A stretch of 59,419 nt of DNA, counting the filler, from Nitrospirota bacterium (lineage in GTDB: Bacteria; JACPQY01), in assembly GCA_016180645.1 (NCBI GenBank). It is 4 parts of 4 records of this genome, joined end to end, with 100 filler letters (N's around TTAATTAATTAA, not from the genome) between each part and the next. Parts side by side here need not be neighbours in the genome. Positions count along the whole stretch, not along the records: positions 36,732 to 59,419 come from JACPAV010000065.1; 3 more parts are not named here. The stretch is one strand, 5' to 3'. Numbering within the stretch: position 1 is the stretch's first letter; the number at the start of each line of letters is the position of its first letter. Shown piece after piece: positions 49,240 to 59,419 of the stretch. The translations under genes were made by a program, and so were the position numbers. The notes below the pieces were generated by a model. That model worked only from the letters and a program-made list of their open reading frames with translations, did not search any database and was not told the origin of the DNA.

Positions 49240-51552
49240 ATGAAACGATTTCCGATCCCCGTCCTACTCATCACCCTTCACTCATCACTCTTCACAATCT
49301 TCCCGGCCTGCGGCGGCTCCCGCCCGGCAAATGAAACCATCGGGATTCCTCTTCGCCCCGAAGTCGCCCTCTTCCTTGCTTCCGCTGTCCCTCTGACAAC
49401 GGAGATCGAGACGGGAACAAACCTCCCTCCTCTCGAAACAGGGGTGACGTGCCGTCCGGGCGGCGCCTCGGTTACCGCGGCTCCGTCGCCGGCCGCGCCA
49501 ACCACCGTAGAGGAATGTACTCTCGATGCGGCGATCCCGGAAAAAACTCTCGCGGTAGGCGCCGTCCTCCGACTCACCGTAGCTCGGGTAGCCGATGGAG
49601 TGGTCGTCGCGAAGATCATGGCACGCGCTTCCGCCCGGACTCCGGGTCACCGGTTTATCCTGCGGGATGCACTTGTGTATCTCCCGGACGATGATGGCGA
49701 CGGGGTCTCCAATGCTCTCGAATCGGTCTCCGGATATTCCCCGCTTGATCCCACCGTCAAACCCGAGACGGCACAACTGGCGGAAACGGCAGGCCGCGCC
49801 GCGCGGAGACTCCAGCCGCTCCTGGGAACACTCCCCCCCCTCAAGATCGATCTCATCCCCCCTCAGGCTTGGATCACCAAGCCTGAGGCCGGCTCGGGAG
49901 CAGATGAATTCTCATTCAGCTCACCCGACGCCTCGGCCGTTTTCCTCTGCTCGGTCGACGGCTCCGATTTCGAGATGTGCTTCGATACGCTTCGACTGGA
50001 TAAGTTAACGGATGGAACGCATCAAGTGGAAACCAGGGCCGTGAGCCCCCTCGGCAGCGCCCAGAAAGAACCCACCGTATTCAAATGGGAGCAACAACCC
50101 CCCGCGACACCGCCTGACGCGCTCTTCGACCTGACCGCTCCCAACCCACCCGACTCTCTCACGCTCAGCATGGACAGCTTTGGAGAGGGCAAGTTCATCC
50201 TCTCCTGGCCGGAAGCATCAGACGATTTTGGCGTCCTCGGATACCGCGTCTGGTATGACTCGGACGGGCCGGGTCCTCCATACAGTGGGACTGGATTCCG
50301 CGAAGGGTCGTCCCCGATCTTCGTGCCCGCTCCGGCAACCCGCTTCGAATTCACCGGCGCGAAGTTCCGTCCCTACTATTTCGCCGTGACGGCCCTCGAC
50401 CACGCCAGGCGGGAGTCCGCTTTCACGGAGGAGGTCAACACGTTCCTCCCCCCGGCGGAACATGTGATCGGGCAAGCCGACTTCACCGCACACGCCGCGG
50501 GCCTCTCGGCGTCCACCTTCGACGCTCGAGGCGCCGACCCCGTGAGAGGTCTCGGATACGACCCGGATCTCCAACGACTCTTTGTCTCCGACTACTACGG
50601 GCATCGGGTGTTGGTCTTTTCTCTCGCCGCCGGGATCACAGACGGCATGAGCGCTTCGAATGTCCTCGGCGCTCCCGACTTCACCACACGCGGCGCCGGT
50701 TGCAGTCCCTCAAGCCTGCTCAACCCGGCCTCTCCTGCGTACGATCCGGCAGGCAAACTCTTGTTCGTTCCCCAGGAGGGCGCGAGCAGAATCTCCGTGT
50801 TCGAGTTGGGCCATGGAATCCACGATGGGATGAGCGCCGCCCACGTGCTGGGCCAAAGGAGCCTCTCCTCGTGTGATGGAGGCACGGGGCGGTCCCTCCT
50901 GTCTGAAGCCGCCTCGGCCGCTTACTCCGGCAAAGAGAAAAGACTGTTCGTGTCCGATTTCGGAAACAACAGGGTGCTTGCCTGGGAGCTTCCTTCTGGC
51001 TTGGAAAACGGAGTGGCGGCGGACCTCGTCCTGGGCCAAAAGAGCTTCACGACCAATGCTTGCGGCAGCGATCCCGCGGAGATGGATGGGCCGGCGCAGA
51101 TTCTATACGACGAGGCCACCCATCGGTTGTTCGTCGCGGATTCCGGCGACGTGTGCGGCCTCGGGATGAGGGTCCTGGTGTTCGACTTCTCGCAATCCGT
51201 TGCGAACGGGGCCCAAGCCGCCCCGGGCCCTGGACGGACGGGATCCCCGGCCGGCAACTCGGGCTCCGAACATGCCTCCCTGGCAACCCCCCGTGGAATA
51301 GCCCTCGATCCCGTCGGCAGCACCCTTTTCATTTCGGACAGCGGCAACAACCGGATCCTCGTCTACGATCTGGCATCAGACGCGAGAATGGCGGCCTACG
51401 TGATCGGACAGGCCAATTTCAACGATCGCGCGCCGGGACGATCGCAAACCAGGCTGAAAAATCCCGCCGGGTTGGTCTTCGATCCGGACCATCGCCACCT
51501 GTTCGTGGCGGATTCGGGCAACAACCGAGTGCTGGCTTTCAGGATTCCATGA
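49240..51552 (+). CDS. Lipoprotein with FN3-like domain and NHL-like beta-propeller
   Basis: Array-type signal peptide; LSWPEASDD..GYRVWY; repeated VLGQ..F and LFV.D.GNNRVL. Confidence 0.85.
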   Translation: MKRFPIPVLLITLHSSLFTIFPACGGSRPANETIGIPLRPEVALFLASAVPLTTEIETGTNLPPLETGVTCRPGGASVTAAPSPAAPTTVEECTLDAAIPEKTLAVGAVLRLTVARVADGVVVAKIMARASARTPGHRFILRDALVYLPDDDGDGVSNALESVSGYSPLDPTVKPETAQLAETAGRAARRLQPLLGTLPPLKIDLIPPQAWITKPEAGSGADEFSFSSPDASAVFLCSVDGSDFEMCFDTLRLDKLTDGTHQVETRAVSPLGSAQKEPTVFKWEQQPPATPPDALFDLTAPNPPDSLTLSMDSFGEGKFILSWPEASDDFGVLGYRVWYDSDGPGPPYSGTGFREGSSPIFVPAPATRFEFTGAKFRPYYFAVTALDHARRESAFTEEVNTFLPPAEHVIGQADFTAHAAGLSASTFDARGADPVRGLGYDPDLQRLFVSDYYGHRVLVFSLAAGITDGMSASNVLGAPDFTTRGAGCSPSSLLNPASPAYDPAGKLLFVPQEGASRISVFELGHGIHDGMSAAHVLGQRSLSSCDGGTGRSLLSEAASAAYSGKEKRLFVSDFGNNRVLAWELPSGLENGVAADLVLGQKSFTTNACGSDPAEMDGPAQILYDEATHRLFVADSGDVCGLGMRVLVFDFSQSVANGAQAAPGPGRTGSPAGNSGSEHASLATPRGIALDPVGSTLFISDSGNNRILVYDLASDARMAAYVIGQANFNDRAPGRSQTRLKNPAGLVFDPDHRHLFVADSGNNRVLAFRIP

Positions 51553-51574
51553 TGACCCGGAAGGAGGTGCAGCC

Positions 51575-54115
51575 ATGGCGATCTCGTTCGAACGTATGAA
51601 GACACTCCACGACCGCGGCGAGGACCTTGCGTCGCTCCTGCCGTATTACGACTACGACCCCGAGGGCCAGGTCTTCATCCAAGTGGACGGCAGGCTGGGC
51701 GTCGGGTGGAAGATCGAACCGGTGCCGTCGGACACGGATACGGACGAATCGCGATCGAGGCTGGCCGAACTCGTCGAAAAAATCCTCCTGGAAATTCCCC
51801 CGGAGTTTGCCGGCCAGTGGATTCTCGAAGTCAGCCGGGATGTGGAGGACACGCTGGACCGGTTCATATCGGCGTCCGATCTGAACGGTCGTGGGCTGCT
51901 GAAGCTCCTCTGCGAGGGTAAATGCGAACGATATCGAAATGCCACTTCCTATGGATTCTGGAAAGGCAATCCCTACCGCTGCCGCAAGTTTTCAACCTAC
52001 CTCCTATTGTCCTCCCCAAAGGTGGCCAATCTCCCCGGCGGCCCGCTGGCGTGGATCGGTCGCGGGCGTTCCTCGCTCGTCGATGAAGCCGAACGAAAAT
52101 ATCTCCAACGTAAGGCCGATCTGACCCGCCAGGCCATGGCGGTCGAGCGCGGCTTTGAAGGGTACGGTTTCAAGCCGCAACGGCTGGATCTGACGGGTCT
52201 GCTCGGAATCGTGTATCGAACCTTGAATCCCGGCCGGGCGGAAAAGTTCAGGTTTGGGAATCGGCCTGAAACGGCGGCGGGAGCCGACTTGACGTTCACG
52301 CCCGACGGTCGGCCGCTCCGCGAGCAAGTCGTCTTCGGAAACTGTGCCGTTCGGGAGGACCATCTGGATCTGGACGGCATGCACGCGCAGGTCTTCAGCC
52401 TCACGGGCCTTCCCGGCAGCGTGAGCCCGGGCCTCATCAACACGCTCCTCGAAAGGTATACCGGCGACCTCCTCGTCACGATTAATTTCGTCAACTTGTC
52501 GCTGTCCGATTCGAAAGGAGCCCTCGGCATGAAACGATTCCTCGCCGGCCGGCAGGCGAAATCGATCACCGGGCAGGAGAACCTTTCCGCGAAGGTGATT
52601 CTGGAGGAGCTCGACGAAGTGCTGCGGGAGATCGAATCGCACAATCGGCGCATGGTCTGCTTCTCGGTGCACGCGGTGGCCTCCACGCCGCCCGAACGCC
52701 ACGCCGAAGCGGCGGATTCCATCCTCCGCGCGTTCTCATTCGTGGGGGCGACGGCGACCGTTGAAACCGCCATCGCACTGCCGGTCCTGCTCTCCAGCCT
52801 CCCTCTTGCCTTCGACCCCAAATTGGATTCGTACATGCGCCGCCTCCGGAAAGTTCTCTCGGACCGCTTTGTGATGTTCTGCCCCCTCTGGGGGTACTTC
52901 CGGGGCACCCGATCGCCCACACAGCTTTACCTCACGCGGCAGGGCGTTCCGATCACGCTCGATCCGATGGATTGCGATACCAGCCCCCACGGCGTGATCC
53001 TCGCCACATCCGGCGCCGGCAAAAGCTTCTTCACCAACGACATGCTCATTCAAGCCCAACGGTTGGAACCCCGGCCGTTCGTCTTCATCATCGACGTCGG
53101 CGGCTCATATCAGAAATTGTGTGAGATGATGGACGGCGACTACGCCCAGATCCAACTCCGAGCTCCGACCTGCATCAACCCGTTTGCTGAAGAACTCAGC
53201 GACGCGAGCGTGGCGCTGTGGGTTCCCCTCTTGGCGCAGATGGTGCGAGACCCTGAGAGCGCCGAGCCGGTCACCCGCGAGCAGAAAGTCCTCTTCGAAC
53301 TCGCCCTCCGCGGCGCTTTCGAGCACAAGCCCGGAAGCGAAATCTTCCTGAGCGACATCGTGGCCGAATTGAAAAAACAGGGCGCCCTCGGCGAATCCCT
53401 CGCGCTCAAACTCTACCCGTTCACCCGTCAGGGCCGCTTCGGAGTGTTCTTCGACGGCCCGACGAAACTCCGCATCGGCAACCGATTCATGGTCTTCGAC
53501 CTCACCGAGGCGAAAGATCAGGTCGAACTGCGCGGGCCGCTCATGATGGCGGTGATGAATCTCATCATCCGCATCGTTCGGGAGGAAAACCTTCGCGGCA
53601 CCCGAAAATACCTCATGATCGATGAAGCGTGGGCCTTCCTCAAAGATCCCGCAGCCGCAGAGTTCATCAAGGAAGGGTACAAAACGTTTCGGAAATACTC
53701 GGGGCTCGTTTTCGTCATCACGCAGGACGTGCTCGATCTGGTCCAGTTCCCCGCCGGTGAAGCGATCCTGTCCAACGCCCCGAACGTATTTCTGCTCAAA
53801 CAGCAGGCCAAAGCCCTCGAGGCGCTCGGCAAGCACCTCCATCTTTCGGAAAATCAAATCCGGACCATCCAGTCGGTCCACATGCGTAAGGGCTACTACA
53901 GCGAAGCCTACGTCATGACCACGTTCGAAGGCGCCACGAGGGACGGCGTGATCCGCGTGGTGCCGGACCCGGTCTCGTACTGGGTGTCCACTACGGATGG
54001 CGCGGACGTTCAGGCCTTTCATGAAGCGGTCAAGGAAACCGGGGACAAGGTTGAGGCGATCCGGCGGCTGGCCGAACGATTCCCGATGGGAGCCGCGGCC
54101 GGGAGCTCCCGATGA
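51575..54115 (+). CDS. traC: TraC/VirB4-family type IV secretion ATPase (F-type TraC-like)
   Basis: LASLLPYYDYD N-terminus, TSGAGKSF, IIDVGGSY..LC, INPF, MIDEAW, FRKY..ITQ; SD GGAGGT. Confidence 0.88.
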   Translation: MAISFERMKTLHDRGEDLASLLPYYDYDPEGQVFIQVDGRLGVGWKIEPVPSDTDTDESRSRLAELVEKILLEIPPEFAGQWILEVSRDVEDTLDRFISASDLNGRGLLKLLCEGKCERYRNATSYGFWKGNPYRCRKFSTYLLLSSPKVANLPGGPLAWIGRGRSSLVDEAERKYLQRKADLTRQAMAVERGFEGYGFKPQRLDLTGLLGIVYRTLNPGRAEKFRFGNRPETAAGADLTFTPDGRPLREQVVFGNCAVREDHLDLDGMHAQVFSLTGLPGSVSPGLINTLLERYTGDLLVTINFVNLSLSDSKGALGMKRFLAGRQAKSITGQENLSAKVILEELDEVLREIESHNRRMVCFSVHAVASTPPERHAEAADSILRAFSFVGATATVETAIALPVLLSSLPLAFDPKLDSYMRRLRKVLSDRFVMFCPLWGYFRGTRSPTQLYLTRQGVPITLDPMDCDTSPHGVILATSGAGKSFFTNDMLIQAQRLEPRPFVFIIDVGGSYQKLCEMMDGDYAQIQLRAPTCINPFAEELSDASVALWVPLLAQMVRDPESAEPVTREQKVLFELALRGAFEHKPGSEIFLSDIVAELKKQGALGESLALKLYPFTRQGRFGVFFDGPTKLRIGNRFMVFDLTEAKDQVELRGPLMMAVMNLIIRIVREENLRGTRKYLMIDEAWAFLKDPAAAEFIKEGYKTFRKYSGLVFVITQDVLDLVQFPAGEAILSNAPNVFLLKQQAKALEALGKHLHLSENQIRTIQSVHMRKGYYSEAYVMTTFEGATRDGVIRVVPDPVSYWVSTTDGADVQAFHEAVKETGDKVEAIRRLAERFPMGAAAGSSR

Positions 54116-54633
54116 GATGGGTTGCAGCAGCCGCCCTGGTGGTAGCCATGATTTCCGGCACGATCACCCTCGGAGTGACCCGCGCCTCCAAGGAGAGGGA
54201 GTCGATCTTGGAGGCTCGCTTGAGGGTCATCGAGGAAAAGACCGGCATCACCCGAGCCGGCGGCGCGAGCCTGGGACGAATCGGTGGGGGATTCCCATTG
54301 CCGCTGAAGCCCCCCCCGAACCTGTCCGGTGTCCGGCGGCTCCGATGGAACGCACACGGCCTCGAACTTTGGGGGCCTTCCAAAGAGAAGTGTGCCGAGT
54401 GGGGGGGACGATTTGCTGGGGGCACCTGCCGTCTATCTTCCGGAGGGATTGTGAATCGACCTGTGTTAAATCGAGACTCGGCCCCTGCGAGCGCCGAGTG
54501 GGAAGTGCCGACGCTGCGAGGTGTGGGCGTTCTGCTCGATCGGCTCCGGCGGCGGCCGTTCGTTCTGACGGAAGCCGATTGGGAAAACGGACGCCTGAGT
54601 GTTACCGGCCACCTCGCACCGGGTGGAGATTGA
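54112..54633 (+). CDS. Membrane-anchored protein, possibly PilO/PilN-like
   Basis: N-terminal TM, coiled coil and C-terminal alpha/beta region; ATGA overlap with traC. Confidence 0.5.
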   Translation: MRWVAAAALVVAMISGTITLGVTRASKERESILEARLRVIEEKTGITRAGGASLGRIGGGFPLPLKPPPNLSGVRRLRWNAHGLELWGPSKEKCAEWGGRFAGGTCRLSSGGIVNRPVLNRDSAPASAEWEVPTLRGVGVLLDRLRRRPFVLTEADWENGRLSVTGHLAPGGD

Positions 54634-54647
54634 TGAAGGAGGATTCG

Positions 54648-55250
54648 ATGAAAACGAAACGCTGGCTCAGCATCTCGGTTGTTGGTCTGTGTGCGATGAT
54701 CGGGGGGGTCTTCGTCGCCCTTCGTACGGGCGCCTTCGGGCAATCCGCAGAGAAAGGTCTACTGGGCGATTTCGGGGGCGGGGGTGACACCGAAACCTCA
54801 GTCACCCCGAGTCCAGGTGAGGGATCGCCCACCGATGGATCGGCTTCCCTGTCGAAAGCGCAAAAGCAGACCGCTCCTCCCGAGGAACGACTGCCGGCGC
54901 TCGATTGGGTGAGCGATCCCGAGCTGGATGCTCTCCGAATGGATGTCTACAAGGCCGAACTCCGCGCGAGGCTGCTCAAGGCCACGGCTGAAATTCGAGA
55001 CTACGAGAAACGGCTGAGCGGAAAGCCCGCAAGAGACATTGAAGCCCCGAAGCCGGTTGCACCCCCCAAGCCGAAGCCCAAACTGAAACTCATCGCCGTC
55101 GACGGCAAGGGGGCCATCGTGGAAGTGGACGGCCGAACCTACTCGTTCGACAAACCTGGTGATCAGGAAGGAAAAGTGTCGCTCAAGGGCGTTACCTCGG
55201 ACCGCGCCCTCATCGAAGTGGACGGGGAAGACTTCGAAGCGAAGTTCTGA
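54648..55250 (+). CDS. Exported protein, PilP/GspC-like architecture
   Basis: Signal/TM, KAELRARLLKA coil, Pro/Lys linker, LKLIAV..AIVEVDG...GD.....LKGVTSDRAL; SD AAGGAGG. Confidence 0.55.
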   Translation: MKTKRWLSISVVGLCAMIGGVFVALRTGAFGQSAEKGLLGDFGGGGDTETSVTPSPGEGSPTDGSASLSKAQKQTAPPEERLPALDWVSDPELDALRMDVYKAELRARLLKATAEIRDYEKRLSGKPARDIEAPKPVAPPKPKPKLKLIAVDGKGAIVEVDGRTYSFDKPGDQEGKVSLKGVTSDRALIEVDGEDFEAKF

Positions 55251-55314
55251 CGCGTCGCGCTACGGCTGATTTCCCATCCCGTCTCGGCTAAGATGCTTGG
55301 GAACAAGGAAACCC

Positions 55315-55935
55315 ATGCCACTCCACCGGCCTTCGATCTGTCAACTCGCCCGAACTGCCTCCGTGCTGGTCTTTGTCGCAACCTCGGGCTGCGCCTCCTT
55401 GAACCTTCGTACCCGCGGGGGCGGACCGGTCGTTCAGGAAATGGCCCCTGCATTTCGATTGCGCGCGATGACCGGCAACGACATTTCCCTGACCGACGTC
55501 CTCGCCCAAGGTCCGGTCGTGCTCGTTTTCTACGAGAGTTCCAAATCCTCCCACTGTCGGAAGCAACTCGATGAGTTCAACCGGAACCTGGGGGAATTCA
55601 GACGCCGCGGAGCGATACTGCTTGCCGTCAGCGCGGATTCCCCGGAAACCTCCGCTCAACTCGCAAAAGATCTTCATTTGGCTTTTCCCCTCCTGTCCGA
55701 TCCTTCACTCGAAACGATCCAAGCGTACGGCATGGCTCGGATGGAGAAGGATGCGGCCGTTCCCGGCATATTCATTATCCCGCAAAGCGGCCGGATCTAC
55801 TGGAAGTACGTGTCCGAGGCCATGGGCGATCGCCCCTCACTCCGCTGGGTTCTCTACATTCTCGATGACGCGCTCGGTCAAACAAGCGAATCCTTGAAAC
55901 CGGGCGCGGTCTTCCCGCACCAGCAAAAATTCTAG
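55315..55935 (+). CDS. AhpC/TSA (peroxiredoxin-like) redoxin, probable lipoprotein
   Basis: APAFRL, GPVVLVFY, SSHCRKQL, AVSAD, FPLLSD. Confidence 0.8.
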   Translation: MPLHRPSICQLARTASVLVFVATSGCASLNLRTRGGGPVVQEMAPAFRLRAMTGNDISLTDVLAQGPVVLVFYESSKSSHCRKQLDEFNRNLGEFRRRGAILLAVSADSPETSAQLAKDLHLAFPLLSDPSLETIQAYGMARMEKDAAVPGIFIIPQSGRIYWKYVSEAMGDRPSLRWVLYILDDALGQTSESLKPGAVFPHQQKF

Positions 55936-55979
55936 GCGTTTCTATAGAGGCTAAGCCTCGATAGACAGAATTCCGATTC

Positions 55980-56038
55980 GTAGGGGAGCATCTTCAGATG
56001 CTCCCTCTTGTTGGGAGGGTCTGAAGACCCCCCCCTAC
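55980..56038. repeat. Inverted GTAG-REP doublet
   Basis: gtag-gggagcatc-ttca-gatgctccc ... gggagggtc-tgaa-gacccccccctac. Confidence 0.75.
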
Positions 56039-56179
56039 GCATTCTCGAAGAACAAAGGGTCTTGGCTCACCGTCACGGTCCACATCGAATCCGCTTGACA
56101 GGGCCGGGACACCTGTCTAATAGTCACTCTCCAGAGACGAAGGTCTCCAAAAGAGTTTACCCAATTGAAGGAGGTGCTA

Positions 56180-56566
56180 ATGAAATCACTTAAGGTATTG
56201 GCGGTTGCCGCCGTCGTCGGCCTTTCGGCCACGGCCTGCGTGTCGAAAGCCGTCATGGTCAACACGGCGACCGCGCCGATCCAGGCGCAGGTCAGCGCCA
56301 AAGTTATCGGAACGGCCGAAGGAAAATCCTGCGGCATGTTCTGGGCGCCGTTTGTCACTCAACTCCTGGCCGGATTGGCCAAGGTGGAAGGCGTTCCGGG
56401 GGGCGTGAACACGGCCCTTTTCTACAACGCGACACAGGGCGCGCTCCAGCAGAAGCCTGAAGCCGATGCCTTTGCCGGGTTGAGGACGGAGGTCACAACG
56501 ACCGACTACCTGATCATTGCGAAGACGTGCGTGAGCGTCCGCGCAAAAGCCGTCCAATTTCAATAA
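56180..56566 (+). CDS. Small lipoprotein (TRL-like)
   Basis: SD AAGGAGG, ATAC lipobox, AEGKSC...C.SVRAKAV. Confidence 0.75.
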   Translation: MKSLKVLAVAAVVGLSATACVSKAVMVNTATAPIQAQVSAKVIGTAEGKSCGMFWAPFVTQLLAGLAKVEGVPGGVNTALFYNATQGALQQKPEADAFAGLRTEVTTTDYLIIAKTCVSVRAKAVQFQ

Positions 56567-56652
56567 GAAAGTAGAGCCGTAGGGGAGGACCTCGCTGCCG
56601 CCCGGCTCCGAAGCCATTCGGAGCCGCGGCCGCACTCGAAGACGTGTCAGGT

Positions 56653-56689
56653 CCTCCCTGCTTGGGAGCAGCTAAAGCTGCTCCCCTAC
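56653..56689 (-). repeat. GTAG-REP, identical to 9787-9823
   Basis: 37-bp exact reverse-complement match. Confidence 0.85.
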
Positions 56690-56707
56690 TCGAGAAATCG
56701 AGTTTGT

Positions 56708-56744
56708 GAAGGCGGCGGGAAGAGTTTCCCGCCGCCTTTCTTTT
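56708..56744 (+). terminator. Rho-independent terminator between convergent genes
   Basis: aaggcggcgggaa-gagt-ttcccgccgcctt followed by tctttt. Confidence 0.8.
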
Positions 56745-57193
56745 CAGTTGATCTTCCGGAGATGATACTCGAACTCCAGCTCTGCAGCCAGCTCGCCTTT
56801 CTCGTTGGTCATCTGAAGTTTCACCGGAAAATTGTACTTCCCGTCCCGTTCCACCGCCGCCATGGCGGTCTCCACGGCGAGAGGTTCGATCGTGCCCGTA
56901 CACACAAGCCGCTCCCGAAACGGCTTCCGATAATTGACTTTTGCCCCCCGTACCACGATCACCAGCTTTCCCATGTCCAGAACCGAAGACACGAGCGCGG
57001 CGCCCGTCGTCTCACCCGCCGTGAAGATCGCCCCGGCATGAACGGTCGCGACATGGTTCGAAACGTTTTCGCTGAAGGCCATTTCCGATGTCACCTTTCC
57101 ATCGCCGAGTGACTTGATCTTCAAATTGAGCCGTCGGATGTACGGCACCGCCTGCTCCAACATCGCCTGAAGCGCTTCAAGGTCTACGGCCAT
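56744..57193 (-). CDS. PaaI/hot-dog-fold thioesterase family protein
   Basis: NHVATVHAGAIFTAGE, VNYRKP. Confidence 0.85.
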   Translation of the reverse strand: MAVDLEALQAMLEQAVPYIRRLNLKIKSLGDGKVTSEMAFSENVSNHVATVHAGAIFTAGETTGAALVSSVLDMGKLVIVVRGAKVNYRKPFRERLVCTGTIEPLAVETAMAAVERDGKYNFPVKLQMTNEKGELAAELEFEYHLRKIN

Positions 57194-57266
57194 ACTTTAC
57201 TCCTTTCGGGGACTTGGTTGCTCCATATCTGCGCAGGGCCTGTAACGTCTCGGTGAACCCATCATG

Positions 57267-57326
57267 GTAGCCGCAACCTTTAGGTTGCGTCCGCGCCGTT
57301 GTGCGCAGGCTAAAGCCTGCGGCTAC
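57267..57326. repeat. Inverted GTAG-REP doublet (REPIN-like)
   Basis: gtag-ccgcaacc-ttta-ggttgcg ... cgcaggc-taaa-gcctgcgg-ctac. Confidence 0.8.
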
Positions 57327-57482
57327 CAAGCACTAGCTCTCTCGCATAGATCCGACGGGATCACCGAAACGTTACCAGGACCTTCAGGGCGCTGATATAG
57401 CTCCCTGGCGGCGCCGGTGCAAGTTGACCGCGGGCATTGATCCTGCTCCGGCAGCGTGCTAGCGTAACCGAACGGAGGACTT

Positions 57483-58790
<1,308 letters not shown>

Positions 58791-58799
58791 GTTTTCACC

Positions 58800-59264
58800 G
58801 TGGCCGCCCAGGAGAAAGAGCCCTACACCGTTTCCAGCATCGGTCCTTGGAAGGATCTGGTCCGCCAGAAGGGAGCCGCCCAGGGAAAAATATTCCTAAG
58901 CCAGATTCTCAAGTTGGAGAACATGGATATCTCGCTCAATGCCCTCAAGCCCGGTTGGCTCAATCCGTATCTGCACCGGCACATCGACCACGAGGAGGTC
59001 TACCTCTTCATCAGCGGCAATGGCGAAATGAAGCTGGACGACCGGATTATCCAAGTGAAAGAGGGTGATGTGGTGCGAATCTCCCCCGGCGTGGCGCGTG
59101 GCATTCGGAACCCGGCTTCGAATACGGACGAGTTGTGGCACATCTGCGTGCGCGCCTCCAAGGGACCGTTCATGCTGACCGACGCTCCCGGCGCCGGTCC
59201 GGTCGACGGCGTGGACGACTGGTCCTACGACAAGCTGATCGAAAAGCTTCGCAAGACGAAATAG
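58800..59264 (+). CDS. Cupin domain protein
   Basis: HRH...EEVYLFISG.G....D......EGDVVRI.PG..R. Confidence 0.85.
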   Translation: MAAQEKEPYTVSSIGPWKDLVRQKGAAQGKIFLSQILKLENMDISLNALKPGWLNPYLHRHIDHEEVYLFISGNGEMKLDDRIIQVKEGDVVRISPGVARGIRNPASNTDELWHICVRASKGPFMLTDAPGAGPVDGVDDWSYDKLIEKLRKTK

Positions 59265-59419
59265 TCCGCCTCAAAGCGGATTGATCTTTCTGATTCCTCG
59301 TCCACCTGTGCTCTGATCCCTGTAGCCGAGCCTTAACCTGAATCCGGCGTGAAGGTGAGTATATCACAGCTGGATTCCTTGCTTGGCGAGGGGCTAGTGC
59401 GTATTCTGAGGGGATGGGC

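Noticed and set aside
36845-51552. Integron cassette array
   Set aside because: Intergenic gaps are 4 nt or overlaps, with no attC-like palindromes and no IntI.
51575-55250. Complete conjugative element
   Set aside because: No relaxase, coupling protein, mating-pair genes or att sites are recognisable.
55520-55570. SxxC in place of CxxC in the redoxin as a selenocysteine or novel site
   Set aside because: The codon is TCC, not TGA, and single-Cys variants are common in this family.

Overview
GC-rich bacterial (probably MAG) sequence made of four separate contigs joined by artificial N44-TTAATTAATTAA-N44 linkers (11215-11314, 23983-24082, 36632-36731), so neighbourhoods across linkers mean nothing. 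Contig 1: partial GH1 lipoprotein, a GAF/sigma-54 activator, and a divergent fdx-mrp-sufBCDSU-sufT-DUF971 operon with a clear -24/-12 promoter. Contig 2: housekeeping genes (ferritin-like protein, Ski2-like helicase, nucleoside hydrolase, tRNA-Asp, rplM-rpsI-argC, tmRNA) and a large RCC1-repeat surface protein. Contig 3: an island-like region with a tyrosine recombinase and a divergent operon encoding highly diverged ScpA and ScpB with no SMC, a degenerate GIY-YIG-like gene between them, and three paralogs of an unrecognised Cys/His family; then a second RCC1 gene. Contig 4: a 14.7 kb array of lipoproteins (four paralogs with a probable clan-CD protease His/Cys dyad, a vWA protein and an NHL-like protein) joined by a repeated stop/signal-peptide junction, followed by an orphan TraC/VirB4 ATPase with PilO/PilP-like genes, then gltA. 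Best candidates for new biology: the SMC-less ScpAB module, the lipoprotein array with TraC, and the exact 66-bp orphan copies of the RCC1 gene ends. All family calls come from motif recognition by eye; no searches were run.
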